The notes: generated from the sequence alone by a model not told the origin. Positions 18,073 through 27,076 are shown, counted from the first letter of the stretch. The stretch: 64,000 nucleotides of DNA from an uncultured Duncaniella sp. (GCA_910578615.1 CAJTRI010000001.1:162172-226171), one strand, 5' to 3'. Translations and numbers: made by a program.

Positions 18073-18788
18073 TGTGATTGGATTGGTTTATGGTTTGTAA
18101 GGGCCTCGGCGGCGGCGATGTCGCTTATGTGGTCAACATCTATGATGCGGCTGAACTGGAAGGCCCGGAGTCTCATGCCGGCAGCCACGAGGGAACGCTG
18201 GAAGTCACGCATCCGGGTGAGTCCCGCTGACATGCATTCATCGAGCAGGGAGAGTGTGGACGGTTTCAGAATGTATATCCCTCCCGAGACATAGGATGAG
18301 CCTGAGGCCGGAGTGTCGAAAAAGCCTGTAATCTCCATTTCGGGTGTGACAGCCACATATAGCGGCTTTTCGTCATCCAGATAGGTAGTCACGGCCATGA
18401 GGGCGTCACACTCCGGCCCGGAACCGAATGCGTCCGCATAGGCATCGAACTCTTCGGGATGGAAGACGGCGTCCACCGTTGCCAGACAGAACGCCTTGTC
18501 CCGCAGTCTCGGGGCGAGTGCCGCGAGGGAGTGCATAGACCCGGGGGTGGTCTTGACCGTCACATGGAGCGGCACGTTGATTTTGAGGCTTTCGAGATGA
18601 TGTCTCACCTCGCCACCCTCCTCGCTGACGATTATTTCCAGCCCTTCGCAGTCATGTCGCGAGGCCATGATCAGTGCCAGACGCTCTATCAGCGGCACTC
18701 CGCTGACGCGCACAAGAGGCTTGGGGAGGGTGATTCCCTCCCCGGCCAGGCGGGAGCCTTGTCCGGCGGCGATGATGGCATAGATCAT
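18060..18788 (-). CDS. NTP-transferase (sugar/alcohol-phosphate cytidylyl- or nucleotidylyltransferase)
   Basis: The N-terminal signature is MIYAIIAAGQGSRLAGEGITLPKPLVRVSGVPLIERL (GxGxRL..KPL). Confidence 0.8.
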   Translation of the reverse strand: MIYAIIAAGQGSRLAGEGITLPKPLVRVSGVPLIERLALIMASRHDCEGLEIIVSEEGGEVRHHLESLKINVPLHVTVKTTPGSMHSLAALAPRLRDKAFCLATVDAVFHPEEFDAYADAFGSGPECDALMAVTTYLDDEKPLYVAVTPEMEITGFFDTPASGSSYVSGGIYILKPSTLSLLDECMSAGLTRMRDFQRSLVAAGMRLRAFQFSRIIDVDHISDIAAAEALTNHKPIQSQWPK

Positions 18789-19880
18789 TTAGTTTTGCTC
18801 TCTTGGGACGCGGTCTGAGCCACGGTCGAAGTTTTGTTTCCGCAGAGGGTTGCGTGTCGCTTCGGCTTCGCGTATACGGTTGCGGTATATGTCCATGGCC
18901 GTATATATGGCTTCGCGCAGCGACTGCGGGTCGGCCACCCCTTTTCCTGCTATATCATAGGCAGTGCCGTGGTCGGGAGATGTTCTCACGAACGGGAGGC
19001 CGGCGGTGTAGTTGACCCCGTTCTCTCCGGCGAGGAGTTTGAACGGTGTCAGGCCTTGGTCGTGATACATGGCCAGTATGCCGTCAAACTTCTTGTATGT
19101 GCCGCTTCCGAAGAAGCCGTCGGCGGGATAAGGCCCGAATGAGAGCACCTTTTTCTTGCCGGCATCGGAGATGGCCGGGATGATTATGTCGGACTCCTCT
19201 GTCCCTATTACGCCGCCGTCCCCGGCATGGGGGTTGAGGGAGAGCACGGCGATGCGTGGGGAATGGATGCCGAAGTCCGTGACGAGGGAGCGGTTGAACC
19301 TCACGAGGCTGTCGGCTACCGCCTCGCGGGTCACCTTGCCGGTCACACCTGCAAGAGAGTCATGGATGGTCACTAACGCCACTCTAAGACCTTCGCCACA
19401 CATTATCATCATGGCTTTGTCGTCATCGTCTCCAAGCTCGGCTTCGAGATATTCCGTATGGCCGGGGAAGTCGAACTCCTCGCCATGGATGGAGTTTTTG
19501 TTTATAGGGCATGTGACGAGCACGTCTATCTCTCCCTCGCGAAGGTCTGCCACCGCGCGCCGCAGGGCGGCGAGGGCGGCGGCTCCCCCCTCGGGGGTGG
19601 CCTGTCCCGGTTCTACCCTCGTGTCTTCGGGGACTACGTTGACCATATATACTCGGTCAGTGGCGGAATCGGTCTCTGCGGGAGAGGCGATCTGGGTGAA
19701 TTTCACCTCCGGCAGGTTAAGGCTCTTGCGATAGAAGGCGGCTATTTTGGCAGAGCCGTAGATGACGGGGGTACACATCTCTCCGAGGCGTGTGTCCTCG
19801 AATGTTTTGAGAAGTGTCTCATATCCTATCCCGTTGATGTCTCCGTGGGTGATACCCACCTTTATCTTCTTGTTTTCCAT
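18789..19880 (-). CDS. pdxA: 4-hydroxythreonine-4-phosphate dehydrogenase family (PdxA)
   Basis: 363 aa. Matches include GITHGDINGIGYE, FPGHTEYL, NPHAGDGG and SPDHGTAYDIAGKG. The stop codon directly abuts the ATG of the next gene. Confidence 0.88.
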   Translation of the reverse strand: MENKKIKVGITHGDINGIGYETLLKTFEDTRLGEMCTPVIYGSAKIAAFYRKSLNLPEVKFTQIASPAETDSATDRVYMVNVVPEDTRVEPGQATPEGGAAALAALRRAVADLREGEIDVLVTCPINKNSIHGEEFDFPGHTEYLEAELGDDDDKAMMIMCGEGLRVALVTIHDSLAGVTGKVTREAVADSLVRFNRSLVTDFGIHSPRIAVLSLNPHAGDGGVIGTEESDIIIPAISDAGKKKVLSFGPYPADGFFGSGTYKKFDGILAMYHDQGLTPFKLLAGENGVNYTAGLPFVRTSPDHGTAYDIAGKGVADPQSLREAIYTAMDIYRNRIREAEATRNPLRKQNFDRGSDRVPREQN

Positions 19881-19910
19881 TTGGTTTTTTGAAGTTTTCA
19901 GGGGCAGGGC

Positions 19911-22900
19911 TTACTGCTGCTGGTCTATGATTGAGACTATGCGGTCGAAGTTTACGCCCATGTCGGTGAGTTCCTCCACCAGCGGCTCTGGGTCGCCGCC
20001 GAGGTCGGTATAATCTTGAAGCAGGTAGACCATGTAGTAGGTCTCTATGTAGCGGTCGGTCTGCGGGAGTGTTGCATACTGCCAAGGAGAGAGGCTCTGG
20101 TAATACCTGACATTGGCCGCGTAGCGGTGGAGTTCGTTGTTGATGAGGCTGAGGGCGCGTTCGGTGGCCTCCTTGTTATCGGTGGCCATGCCTATCCGTC
20201 CATATATCTGGGCCATCTTCTGGGGTATCTGTATGGCATAGGGAGAGGCGGTCTCTGGCAGTTTCTCCTCCATCAGCTTCATCAGGTTGAGGGCCTTGGC
20301 ATAGCGGTCGGCCTTGAATGCGGCAAGTGACTCGCGGTGTTCCGGCGAGATGGCCGCGCTGTCGGCGCGTTCGGCCATCACGGCCTCGTTGACAAAAGCT
20401 GTGGCAGTGTTGAGGATATATGAGCGCGTGGTTGTGACCATGCGGCGCACGGTCTCGTCAAGGTACACCTGTCCCGGGCCGGTCACTTTGTCGAGGCCTC
20501 CCCAGCGGAATTTCTCCGTGATGTTGCGGTATGCCTTCTCGGTGTTGACCGCCGTGATGTCATAGTCCGAATTTTCGGGATTGTAGACAGGGGTTATCTC
20601 ATATGCCATGCCGGTGGAACGCATGTAGGGTTGCAGACCGAGGTAATAGTCGCTCGGGACGGTCGAGGCAAAGTAGACCGGGCGGTTCCATCCGTTCTTG
20701 ATGGATGTGGCAAGCATGTCGAGTGACAGCACCTGGCTGAGCGACATCCCCCCGTGGCGCGATGACTCGCGGTCATTCTTCATATCGGCCTGTATCACGG
20801 TGTCGGCTGTCGCGGCCTCCTGCTCGGTGATGCGTCCGGCCTTGACGGCTGCTTCGAGGTCTACGGGGATGAACATGTTGGGATATTTCATCATCGGGGC
20901 ACCCCATGAGTTCTGGCTCGAAGCCGGGTCGTACAGCTGTCTAAGCGATGCGTAGACGTTTGTGGCCGTGGTGTCCTCGTCAACGGCGAAGTAGTTGAAG
21001 TTCATTCGGTCATAGGCATAGTCCTCTGGTTTGGCGAGGGTCTCGATGCCGGGGGCCTCGTAAGAGGCATGTTTCACCTGGTTGGCATACCAGTCGGTGG
21101 TCAGATAGGACAGGTTGACCACCTTGACATCTGTACGGTGTCCCTCAACTTCCTGTGCATACCACAGCGGGAATGTATCGTTATCGCCGTTGGTGAAGAT
21201 GATGGCATCCTTGTCAAGCGAGTCGAGATAATTCATGCCGAAATCTCTGGTCGTGTAACGGCCCGAGCGGTCATGGTCGTCCCAGGTCTGTGATACCATC
21301 TGGAATGGGATTATGAGTCCTAAAACGGTGGCTGCGATAGCGGCTGTCATGCTGTGGCGGTCTTCTGGATGCTCTTTGATGGTGCTTGTGGCCTTGCGGC
21401 TTAAAGCGGCGCGTATGATCCACCAGAGTCCGGCAACACCCATTCCGATCCATATGGCGAAGGCATAGAACGAGCCGGCGAAGGCGTAGTCACGCTCACG
21501 TGGCTGTGTCGGGGTCTGGTTGAGGTAGAGCACGATGGCTATGCCGGTCATGAAGAAGAGGAAGAATACCACCCAGAACTGCTCTATGCCCCTTTTTGAG
21601 ACAAAAGCCTGCCAGCATAGGCCTATGATGCCGAGGATGAGCGGAAGCATGTAGAACACGTTGTGGCCCGGGTTGTCCTTACCGTCAGATGCGGGCAGGA
21701 GGCTCTGGTCGCCGAGACGGATATCATCGATGAACGGTATGCCTGAAATCCAGTTGCCGTGGTTCACCTCGCCGTTGCCCTGTATATCGTTCTGGCGTCC
21801 GGCGAAGTTCCACATGAAGTAGCGCCAGTACATATGGTTGAGCTGGTAGACGAGGAAGAATCTCAGGCTCTCTCCCATGGTGGGCTTCACGCGGTCAGCG
21901 TGTTGGAGCACGTTCCCGTCACTGTCCACATACTGTGTGGCCTTTACAGGGTAGCCTTTCAGGCCGCCGATCCAGTCGGAATAGGCCTGCGTATGCTGGC
22001 CGCTGTATATGCGGGGGAAGAGCATGTCAAGCTCGGGGTTCATCTTGTAGTTTTTCTTGTAACCGACCAGACGGTACTCGTCCTTCTGGTCGGGCGAGGT
22101 CTTGGTCACCTTTGAATAGATAGGTGCTCCCGGGGTATAAAGGGGGGATAGCTGGCCTGTCGAGGAGTCCACCTCGTAGACCACGCCCGAGTTGTTGGTC
22201 TGTCCGTAGAAGAGAGGGCGTTCGCCGTATTGTTCGCGGTTGAGGTAGGATGCGAGTGAGAACACGTTGTCGGGCGCGTTCTGGTTCATAGGCGGGTTGG
22301 CGTTCGAACGTATGAGGAGGAGAGCGTAGCTCGAATAGCCTATGAAGATGACGAAGATACTCGTCACCACGAGGTTTAGTATTCTCACCGGCAGGGCCTT
22401 GGCAAAGAACAGATATCCCAGTACGGACGCCATGATAGCGGCAGGAATCCACATGCTGTCACCGATGAAGGGGATGCCCGAAAGGAGTATGCTCATTGCC
22501 ACGCTCCATCTGATTCGGGAGGCGCTTTTCTGAACATACAGTTCGCGGATGGCCCAGATGAAGGTGCCCACTGCAAGGACTGCATAAATGAGCACGCCCA
22601 TGTTGTAGCTCATGCCGAGTGTGTTGACGCAGAAAAGCTCGAAATACTGTGATACCTCGATGAAGCCCGGCACGAGTCCGTAGAGTATGAGTCCGACCAC
22701 TATGGCCGAAAGAGCCAGTGTGATGAGTGACCCCTTGGCCGTCGTGTCCTTCCAGAGGCGGTAATATACCACGAGGCCTATGGCCGGTATGCAGAGGAGG
22801 TTGAGAAGATGGACGGCGATGGAGATGCCTATTACGTAGGCAATGAGTATCAGGTACTTGTCGCTGTGTGGCAGGCCGGCGCGGTTCTCCCATTTGAGGA

Positions 22901-23387
22901 TGAGCCAGAACACCAAGGCCGTGCAGAACGACGAGAAGGCATATACCTCGCCCTCTACTGCCGAGAACCAGAATGTGTCGCTCCATGTGTAGGCAAGGGC
23001 ACCGCATATGCCCGACCCGAAGATGACAAGCATGTTGGCAGTGCTTATCGTCTCGGCGTCATCCTTGACTATTAGACGTTTCACCAGATGGGTGATTGTC
23101 CAGAACAGGAGCAGTATGGTGGCAGCCGATAGGAGTGCCGACATGGCGTTGACCATGAGGGCTACCTTGGTGACATCGCCGAAGGCGAAGTTGGCAAAGA
23201 ATCTTGCGGCAAGCATGAAGATGGGGTTGCCCGGCGGGTGTCCTACTTCGAGTTTGTAACCTTGGGAGATGAATTCGGGGCAGTCCCAGAAACTCGCCGT
23301 AGGTTCAAGGGTGAGCATGTAGGTGACTGCGGCGATGAGGAAGCACAGCCATCCCAGCGAGTTGTTAAGGATATTGTATTTTTTCAT
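19911..23387 (-). CDS. DUF2723 (TMEM260-like, GT-C-fold) large membrane protein
   Basis: 1158 aa. The N-terminus WLCFLIAAVTYMLTLEPTASFWDCPEFISQGYKLEVGHPPGNPIF is the DUF2723 signature as I remember it. Many TM helices are followed by a soluble helical C-terminal region. Confidence 0.8.
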   Translation of the reverse strand: MKKYNILNNSLGWLCFLIAAVTYMLTLEPTASFWDCPEFISQGYKLEVGHPPGNPIFMLAARFFANFAFGDVTKVALMVNAMSALLSAATILLLFWTITHLVKRLIVKDDAETISTANMLVIFGSGICGALAYTWSDTFWFSAVEGEVYAFSSFCTALVFWLILKWENRAGLPHSDKYLILIAYVIGISIAVHLLNLLCIPAIGLVVYYRLWKDTTAKGSLITLALSAIVVGLILYGLVPGFIEVSQYFELFCVNTLGMSYNMGVLIYAVLAVGTFIWAIRELYVQKSASRIRWSVAMSILLSGIPFIGDSMWIPAAIMASVLGYLFFAKALPVRILNLVVTSIFVIFIGYSSYALLLIRSNANPPMNQNAPDNVFSLASYLNREQYGERPLFYGQTNNSGVVYEVDSSTGQLSPLYTPGAPIYSKVTKTSPDQKDEYRLVGYKKNYKMNPELDMLFPRIYSGQHTQAYSDWIGGLKGYPVKATQYVDSDGNVLQHADRVKPTMGESLRFFLVYQLNHMYWRYFMWNFAGRQNDIQGNGEVNHGNWISGIPFIDDIRLGDQSLLPASDGKDNPGHNVFYMLPLILGIIGLCWQAFVSKRGIEQFWVVFFLFFMTGIAIVLYLNQTPTQPRERDYAFAGSFYAFAIWIGMGVAGLWWIIRAALSRKATSTIKEHPEDRHSMTAAIAATVLGLIIPFQMVSQTWDDHDRSGRYTTRDFGMNYLDSLDKDAIIFTNGDNDTFPLWYAQEVEGHRTDVKVVNLSYLTTDWYANQVKHASYEAPGIETLAKPEDYAYDRMNFNYFAVDEDTTATNVYASLRQLYDPASSQNSWGAPMMKYPNMFIPVDLEAAVKAGRITEQEAATADTVIQADMKNDRESSRHGGMSLSQVLSLDMLATSIKNGWNRPVYFASTVPSDYYLGLQPYMRSTGMAYEITPVYNPENSDYDITAVNTEKAYRNITEKFRWGGLDKVTGPGQVYLDETVRRMVTTTRSYILNTATAFVNEAVMAERADSAAISPEHRESLAAFKADRYAKALNLMKLMEEKLPETASPYAIQIPQKMAQIYGRIGMATDNKEATERALSLINNELHRYAANVRYYQSLSPWQYATLPQTDRYIETYYMVYLLQDYTDLGGDPEPLVEELTDMGVNFDRIVSIIDQQQ

Positions 23388-23469
23388 ATTGTTTCGGGCA
23401 TCAGGGATTAGGCTAAATCCCGGTTTTTGCCTTGTCTGACTTAATTATTCTTGTTTAAGACGGTCTTTT

Positions 23470-24531
23470 TCAATAGAATCTGATGATTCCCATAGCCTTC
23501 CTGACTTCTTCGAGGGTCTTGGACGCGCGCTCCCGGGCGCGTTCGGCTCCCTGACGCACCACCTTGCCTATGTAGGCCTCGTCGGCACGGATTTCCTTGT
23601 AGCGTTCGCGTATCGGGGTGGTTACTTTCAGGATGTCCTCTGCAAGCTGTTTCTTCATGTCGCCATAACGTATGGAACAGTCGGCATAGGCATCGCGGTA
23701 GCTCTGCACTATCTCAGGTGCCGTGGTCAGTTCCATGAGGGTGAGAAGGTTCTGAACAGGTTCCGAGATGGGCTGTCCCGGTTCTTTCGGGCCTTCGTCG
23801 GTCACGGCGCGCATCACCTTCTTGCGGAGCACCTTTTCCTCATCGACGAGATAGATGCAGTTGCCCTCGCTTTTCCCCATCTTGCCGGATCCGTCGAGGC
23901 CGGGCACCTTCACGGCGTTATGTCCGAAGTTGAAATTCTCGGGTTCGGGGAATATATCGACATTGTAGAACGAATTGAACCGTCGTGCGAACCGGCGAGT
24001 AAGTTCAAGATGTTGCTCTTGGTCTTTTCCAACGGGCACTTTGTGGGCCTTCTGGATGAGGATGTCCACGGCCATGAGCGTGGGATAGGTCAGAAGTCCG
24101 GCGTTGACGCGCTTGTTGCTTTCCGACCCGATTACCTGGCTCTCTATATCCTTGTCGTCATTACTGCTGATACCGAGCTGCTTGCGGGCCTTGTCCTTGA
24201 ATGACGTGGTGCGCAGAAGCTCCCCTATGCCTACGTGCATGTTGAGGAGCAGGTACATCTCGGATATTTCGGGGACGTCGCTCTGCACGAATATGTTTGC
24301 CTTGTCAGGGTCTACGCCGGCGGCGAGATACTCGGCCAGTATGTTCTTTACATTTTCGTGAAGGGCGGCGGGGTCTGGATTGGTGGTCAGCGCGTGGAGG
24401 TCGGCTATAAAGTATAGGCAGTCATAGTCATCCTGCATCTTGACAAAGTTTCTCAGCGCCCCGTAATAATTGCCGAGGTGGAGATTGCCTGTCGCACGGA
24501 TGCCGGATAGTACAATTTCTTTTTCGTTCAT
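23470..24531 (-). CDS. trpS: Tryptophan--tRNA ligase
   Basis: Class I motifs are TGNLHLGNYYGA (HIGH) and KMGKS (KMSKS). The 353 aa length is typical of Bacteroidales TrpRS. Confidence 0.92.
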   Translation of the reverse strand: MNEKEIVLSGIRATGNLHLGNYYGALRNFVKMQDDYDCLYFIADLHALTTNPDPAALHENVKNILAEYLAAGVDPDKANIFVQSDVPEISEMYLLLNMHVGIGELLRTTSFKDKARKQLGISSNDDKDIESQVIGSESNKRVNAGLLTYPTLMAVDILIQKAHKVPVGKDQEQHLELTRRFARRFNSFYNVDIFPEPENFNFGHNAVKVPGLDGSGKMGKSEGNCIYLVDEEKVLRKKVMRAVTDEGPKEPGQPISEPVQNLLTLMELTTAPEIVQSYRDAYADCSIRYGDMKKQLAEDILKVTTPIRERYKEIRADEAYIGKVVRQGAERARERASKTLEEVRKAMGIIRFY

Positions 24532-24668
24532 GATGAATAGGGTTATTTGGGGGCAAAGTTACTATTTTTTGCCGAAACAATAGCCTTTCAGGAAGTTAAA
24601 AAAAGAAGTGTGTCTGCCGCCCATGCGCATTATCGTCCTGTTACGTGGCCGGGAAGGCCGTTAAGGCG

Positions 24669-24732
24669 CGACATCCGCAGGAACTCCGTGGAGGCGCTGG
24701 TATGCGGCCTTGCGGGGTTCCTGCGGATGTCG
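24669..24732 (-). terminator. Perfect 16-bp GC-rich hairpin 24 nt downstream of the era stop (probable terminator or processing hairpin)
   Basis: CGACATCCGCAGGAAC (24669-24684) pairs with GTTCCTGCGGATGTCG (24717-24732) around a 32-nt loop. A T-run follows only on the plus strand. Confidence 0.45.
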
Positions 24733-24755
24733 TTTTCGCGATCGCGCGTTCCGGG

Positions 24756-25640
24756 CTATTCCATGTATCCGAACGATCTGAGTTTGTTTTCGCGGTTGCG
24801 CCAGTTGGGTTCCACCTTGACGAACATTTCAAGAAACACATTCTTGCCGAAGAATTTCTCAATGTCTTTGCGGGCCTCTATGCCGACCTTTTTGATCTTG
24901 GAGCCTTGATGTCCTATTATTATGCCTTTCTGAGTGTCTCGTTCCACGTATATGACGGCCATTATGTGGATGGAGCCTTCTTTTTCTTCGAATTTCTCCA
25001 CCATCACCTCCACCGAGTAGGGTATTTCCTTGTCATAGTTGAGCAGGATTTTCTCGCGGATAATCTCGGTGACGAAGAAGCGGGCGGGCTTGTCGGTCAT
25101 GGCGTCCTTGCCAAAGAAAGGAGGAGAGACCGGGAGCAGTTCCACTATACGGGCCATGAGGTTATTGATGTTGAAGTGTTCCTTGGCCGATATGGGGAAG
25201 ATTTCGGCGTTAGGGAGCATTTCCTGCCACCTCGCTGTCAGCTCTTCGAGGTCTGACTGGGCTTTCACGAGGTCTATCTTGTTGATGACCAAGAGTACGG
25301 GCACTTTTTCCTTGGCCACCTTGGCAAGGAAGTCGGCATTCTTGGAGGGGTCTTCCACCACGTCGGTCACATAGAGCAGGATGTCAGCGTCAACGAGCGC
25401 TCCCTGGCTGAAATTCAGCATGCTCTCTTGTAGTTTGTATTTGGGTTGTAGCACCCCCGGGGTATCGGAAAATACAATCTGGTATTCCGGGGTGTTTACT
25501 ATGCCGGTGATGCGGTGGCGCGTGGTCTGGGCCTTCGAGGTGATGATGCTGATGCGCTCGCCTACGAGGTCGTTCATAAGGGTGGACTTTCCCACGTTGG
25601 GGTTGCCCACGATGTTGACAAATCCTGATTTGTGATCCAT
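24756..25640 (-). CDS. era: GTPase Era
   Basis: G1 is GNPNVGKSTLMN, G3 is DTPG and G4 is NKID, followed by a C-terminal KH domain. The start is set at MDHKSGF (ATG 25640). Confidence 0.93.
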   Translation of the reverse strand: MDHKSGFVNIVGNPNVGKSTLMNDLVGERISIITSKAQTTRHRITGIVNTPEYQIVFSDTPGVLQPKYKLQESMLNFSQGALVDADILLYVTDVVEDPSKNADFLAKVAKEKVPVLLVINKIDLVKAQSDLEELTARWQEMLPNAEIFPISAKEHFNINNLMARIVELLPVSPPFFGKDAMTDKPARFFVTEIIREKILLNYDKEIPYSVEVMVEKFEEKEGSIHIMAVIYVERDTQKGIIIGHQGSKIKKVGIEARKDIEKFFGKNVFLEMFVKVEPNWRNRENKLRSFGYME

Positions 25641-25739
25641 ATTAGAGGGTGTTTGTTCTACAAGGATAAACAATCTACTCGCTATAAAGTTAAGAGACCC
25701 GTTTCCGGCTCCTTTACCGCCGTGGTATAGACCGCGCGA

Positions 25740-25770
25740 CCCCGCCAATGGCCGGCGGCGGTTGGCGGGG
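25740..25770 (-). terminator. 9-bp GC hairpin downstream of fabH (weak terminator candidate)
   Basis: CCCCGCCAA (25740-25748) pairs with TTGGCGGGG (25762-25770) around a 13-nt loop. There is no U-run. Confidence 0.3.
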
Positions 25771-25826
25771 TTGCGGATAAGGTCGTCCTCATGAAGAGGA
25801 TCGTGCCGTATATCGGCCCTGATGTC

Positions 25827-26810
25827 TTAGATGTCCCAGATGATATAGAGGGCGCCCCATGTGAATCCGGCACCGAAGGCGGTCAGCACGATGCGGTCGC
25901 CTTTCTTGAACCGTTCGCGGTATTCGTCCATACACAGTGGTATCGAGGCGGCCGAAGTATTGCCGTATTTCTCGATGTTGACCAGCACTTTTGCAGGGTC
26001 TATGCCGAGGCGTGAGCCTACGGCCTCGATGATGCGGAGGTTGGCCTGATGGGGTATGAACCAGTCGATGTCGTCGATGGTCACGCCGGCCTTTTCCATC
26101 ACTTCGAGAGAGGACTCGAGCATGTCGGTCACAGCGTTCTTGTAGACGTTTCTTCCGTCCTGGATGACGAAGTGCTGCTGGGCGTCGATGGTCTCGTGGG
26201 AAGCGGGGAGTACAGATCCTCCGGCCGGCATCCAGAGATGTTCGAGTCCGTTGCCGTCGATGTGGAACACGCCTTCAAGTATACCGGCATTGTCATCGGT
26301 GGGTTCGAGCATCATTGCTGCCGCACCGTCGCCGAAGAGGGGGCATGTGGAACGGTCGTTGTAGTTGGTCATGGACGACATCTTCTCGGCGGCCACTACT
26401 ACTACTTTCTTGCGGAGGCCTGAACGTATGTAGGCCGAACCGTCTTCAAGAGCCACGAGGAATCCGGCGCAGGCTGCCTGTATGTCATACGAATATGCAT
26501 TGGTCATGTTGCAGCTGTGGGCTATGATGGAGCCTGTGGAGGGGAAGCGGTAGTCGGGGTTGGAAGTGGCGCAGATGAGGAGGTCTACATCCTCAGGCTT
26601 GGTGCCTGTTGATTCGAGAAGGCGCTCCACAGCTTTGATGCCGAGGTAGGATGAACCCTTGCCGGGTTCGCGCAGGATGCGGCGCTCCTTGATGCCTACT
26701 CGGGTTGTTATCCACTCGTCGTTAGTGTCTACCATCTTCGAGAGCATCTCGTTGTCCAGAATGTCTTCCGGCGCGTAGGAGGCGAGTCCTGTTATGCGGG
26801 CGTTAATCAT
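25827..26810 (-). CDS. fabH: 3-oxoacyl-ACP synthase III
   Basis: 327 aa. The active-site Cys context is DIQAACAGF, and the C-terminus reads GFTWGA. Confidence 0.93.
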   Translation of the reverse strand: MINARITGLASYAPEDILDNEMLSKMVDTNDEWITTRVGIKERRILREPGKGSSYLGIKAVERLLESTGTKPEDVDLLICATSNPDYRFPSTGSIIAHSCNMTNAYSYDIQAACAGFLVALEDGSAYIRSGLRKKVVVVAAEKMSSMTNYNDRSTCPLFGDGAAAMMLEPTDDNAGILEGVFHIDGNGLEHLWMPAGGSVLPASHETIDAQQHFVIQDGRNVYKNAVTDMLESSLEVMEKAGVTIDDIDWFIPHQANLRIIEAVGSRLGIDPAKVLVNIEKYGNTSAASIPLCMDEYRERFKKGDRIVLTAFGAGFTWGALYIIWDI

Positions 26811-26851
26811 TGTCTGTTAAGATGAAATTGGAATATTCTTGGCGGGTTCGG

Positions 26852-26938
26852 CAGGGACGCGCTTCTGCGCGCCGGGAATCATTGATGCGCATCTGTCCAA
26901 AATGATGCCGATTCCTGGTGTGCGGAAGCGCGTCCCTG
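26852..26938. repeat. Long imperfect inverted repeat between rpmF and fabH
   Basis: A perfect 14-bp outer stem pairs CAGGGACGCGCTTC (26852-26865) with GAAGCGCGTCCCTG (26925-26938). A further 15 positions give 11 Watson-Crick matches. The four mismatches are G:T on the plus strand, so they are wobble pairs only in a plus-strand RNA. Confidence 0.7.
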
Positions 26939-26962
26939 TTTAGTGCCGTCATTAAAACGGAT

Positions 26963-27066
26963 AAAAAAAATGAAGCTCACAAGGTCACGTAAGGTTTTCC
27001 GGGAGGACGGGTGTGAATCCCGGCACCTCTCCGGAATGGTTCCTTAGGTTCCTGATATGAGCTTTC
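26963..27066 (-). other. Structured element of about 100 nt immediately downstream of rpmF, closed by a stem plus U8 run (terminator, attenuator or small RNA candidate)
   Basis: On the minus strand, GAAAGCTCA (27066..27058) pairs with TGAGCTTC (26979..26972) and is followed by TTTTTTTT (26970..26963). Inside are a GGAACC-TAA-GGAACC repeat and a CCGGGA/TCCCGG hairpin. Confidence 0.3.
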
Positions 27067-27076
27067 AGACAGTCTT

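Noticed and set aside
26963-27066. Could the structured element after rpmF be the 4.5S/SRP RNA? It contains GUGCCGGGAU, reminiscent of E. coli ffs.
   Set aside because: I cannot find the conserved domain IV core (the GGAA tetraloop flanked by the symmetric AGCA/GGAAG-type loops). The resemblance is a single short string.
26811-27076. Absence of plsX between rpmF and fabH, considered as a deletion scar or pseudogene remnant
   Set aside because: No plsX-like reading-frame fragments are visible in any frame of the 265-nt gap. I cannot establish from this window that plsX is expected here in this lineage.
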